Assembly: GCA_032718475.1 (NCBI GenBank)
Contig: JAUCBJ010008852.1
Coordinates: 1 to 64,000, forward strand
Reading direction: 5' to 3'
DNA: 64,000 bases
Source of the DNA: Nemertoderma westbladi
Lineage: Eukaryota; Animalia; Xenacoelomorpha
Part shown: positions 62,045-64,000 of the stretch, one piece after another
Layout: each line of letters opens with the position of its first letter
Position numbering within the stretch: position 1 is the first letter of the stretch
Made by a program: the position numbers and the translations under genes
Notes under the pieces: generated by a model
Databases searched by the model: none
Seen by the model: only the letters and a program-made list of their open reading frames with translations
What the model was told of the DNA's origin: nothing

Positions 62045-62330
62045 AGTTGAGCAAGCTGAATATAAAGTTGAGTAAGCGGACAATAAAGTTGAGTAAGCGG
62101 ACAATAAAGTTGTGTAAGAGGACAATAAAGTTGTGTAAGCGGACAATAAAGTTGTGTAAGTGAACTATAAAGTTGTGTAAGTGTACTATAAAGTTGTGTA
62201 AGTGAACTATAAGTTGTGTAAGTGAACTATAAGTTGTATAAGTGGACTATAAAGTTGTGTAAATGTACTATAAAGTTGTGTAAGTGAACTATAAGTTGTA
62301 TAAGTGGACTATAAATTTGTGTGAACTATA
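62045..62330 (-). repeat. 22/23-bp tandem repeat (~12 units) in the 3' UTR of the CRE-like element
   Basis: AAGTTGTGTAAGTGAACTAT(A)-type units starting immediately at the ORF stop codon (62326). Confidence 0.85.
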
Positions 62331-64000
62331 AGTTCCGCGCGTCCGCATTGGCTACCAAGATTGAGGTATCGGCCATATTGTGCAGAATGGGTCGCCTTAG
62401 TGTCGATCTGCTTCCGCGAACACACATTATTACTGAACGTAATAAAGCAAAGCTGATTTTGCGGCGAAGCCACTGAATTGCTTCATTGTAGCTGATCTCT
62501 CTCTTCACTGCTAACAAATCAGCGAGACGTTTAGTGAAGATATGTGCACTCCAACCCATTCCTCCAGTAGCCGCTAGAATGAAGGGATAGAACGTTGACA
62601 TTTCTACATCCCGAACTCTTTCTTCATATTGGGCCCTCTTTCGGTTCTCGTGATGGGTATAAGCTCTATCGACGCCCAAAGAGGAATTGGACGGTGCTAG
62701 GGGGTTAAATACAGAAACATCAATCAACAGTTTCTCATAACGACCTCCCCAGAAACCACTGACAGATACATCTAACCGAGCACCCTCATCCCTTGTGGTT
62801 GTGGAGCGATGGAATGTTTCCCCAGTGATTGGTTGGAGTACAGGCTCGATTGAAATGTCATGAGCAACCTCGGTTAATGTGTTGGCGATGAAATCTCTGA
62901 TTTCATTGTGACGGACTGACGGAAATCCACCTGTGGGGCACGATAAAACGTGGTTTACTGTGAACCGCGCCCCACAGGCACATTCCGCTGGTGTCGCCTG
63001 CAACTGCCATCTGAACCTAAGCTGGATCGCATCCCTGAACTCTGACTTTGTGAGGTGATAGTTGTGCTGGGTTGATGGTCTGGTGTTGAGCCTTCTGTGA
63101 AGATAAGATTCGTAGTTGTTCCTGAACTGGGGATATTGCGACCTGTATACTTTGTATTTCTTCTGCGACCCTTATGTTTTGCTCCGATTTGATAGCTTTG
63201 GATGCTTCTTTCTGTTTTTCCCTGACATCGGCCATTGTATCTGTTGGAAGTCGCTCCATCAATGGCTCACTGATGGCTCTTGAGTTATTGTATTCCTTAC
63301 TAAGATCTGATGGAATGGGTATGCCTAGTCCTCCCAATCTTGTTGGCAGCGCTATTAGTTTCTGTTCGGTTTCAGATAAGTTTACTCTGTTCCCCAGTTT
63401 CATTAGGAAAGTCTTAACTGCCTCGTCGAGTGGTGCCAATAGCAGCTCGATATTGGGGATTACCCGACAAATGAACCGCCACTTCGCAGAGAGTCCAAAC
63501 GAAAGACAGGTAAATGCACAATGCGGGTCAATGTCTGCGATCGGACTCAATCGCTCCACCTGTTGAACAAAAGACTCGACCTTATCAAGAACAAACTGCC
63601 GAATGGAATCGTCACTACCAACTGCACCGCCCAGGATCCTATGACCACCTGCAGATATCTGCACATTGGTTCCTGCAAACAGCATCCTCGCCTCTTCTAA
63701 TAACTCGGGTTTTACTATTAACCAAGTTTTTGAGGCATTTGGAAAATACCCGTATTTAGGTCCCCATTCGACCAATTCTCCCCAATATTTTCTTAGTTGT
63801 TTTAGACGACTGCTAGCATTGGCGTCATCAGCAAACCACTTCTGGGAAGTGGTGGTTACGGCGCCGAGACTATCAATGAGGGGAGTTATGCACAGTCCAT
63901 ATCCGGGCATTGCCACTGGACATCCCTGAGTCATTCCTTCAGATGACATGATATATTCTCCATCTATAAACAATTTGGATGGTTTTTTATAGTAGTTAAG
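62326..64000 (-). mobile_element. CRE-like non-LTR retrotransposon (RT plus CCHC/RLE endonuclease), disrupted, runs off the right edge
   Basis: RT motifs GMTQGCPVAM, WFADD, YGYFPNASKT, LPTRLGGLGI; C-terminal C-A-C-G...H-V-L-S-C..GG...RHNEIRD, RLDV and IDV. A small deletion/frameshift near 63090 joins QK to (W)LNTRP...EFRDAIQLR. Confidence 0.85.

Overview
Repeat-rich metazoan (probably marine invertebrate) genomic DNA, not prokaryotic. About 1.5% of the window is host coding sequence: six small + strand exons (27556-61714) that splice in phase into ~317 aa of three Ig-like domains resembling D1-D3 of a VEGFR/PDGFR (PVR)-type receptor. The rest is presumed intron, filled by (i) five unrelated tandem arrays (65-bp, 47-bp, 27/28-bp, a perfect (ACAGTT)n hexamer and a 17-bp array), (ii) a 13.2-kb BEL/Pao LTR retrotransposon with ~99% identical 1-kb LTRs and a frameshift in RT, (iii) a solo LTR with a 5-bp TSD, (iv) RTE-type LINE fragments and (v) the 3' part of a CRE-like RLE non-LTR element. 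All giant ORFs between 14.4 and 58.9 kb are stop-free readings of satellites. The most striking observation is that the BEL element has no tRNA-type PBS. Instead, the 13 nt directly after its 5' LTR are perfectly complementary to a segment inside the LTR, the geometry of Tf1/sushi self-priming, which I do not know from BEL/Pao. All calls are by eye and no database searches were run.
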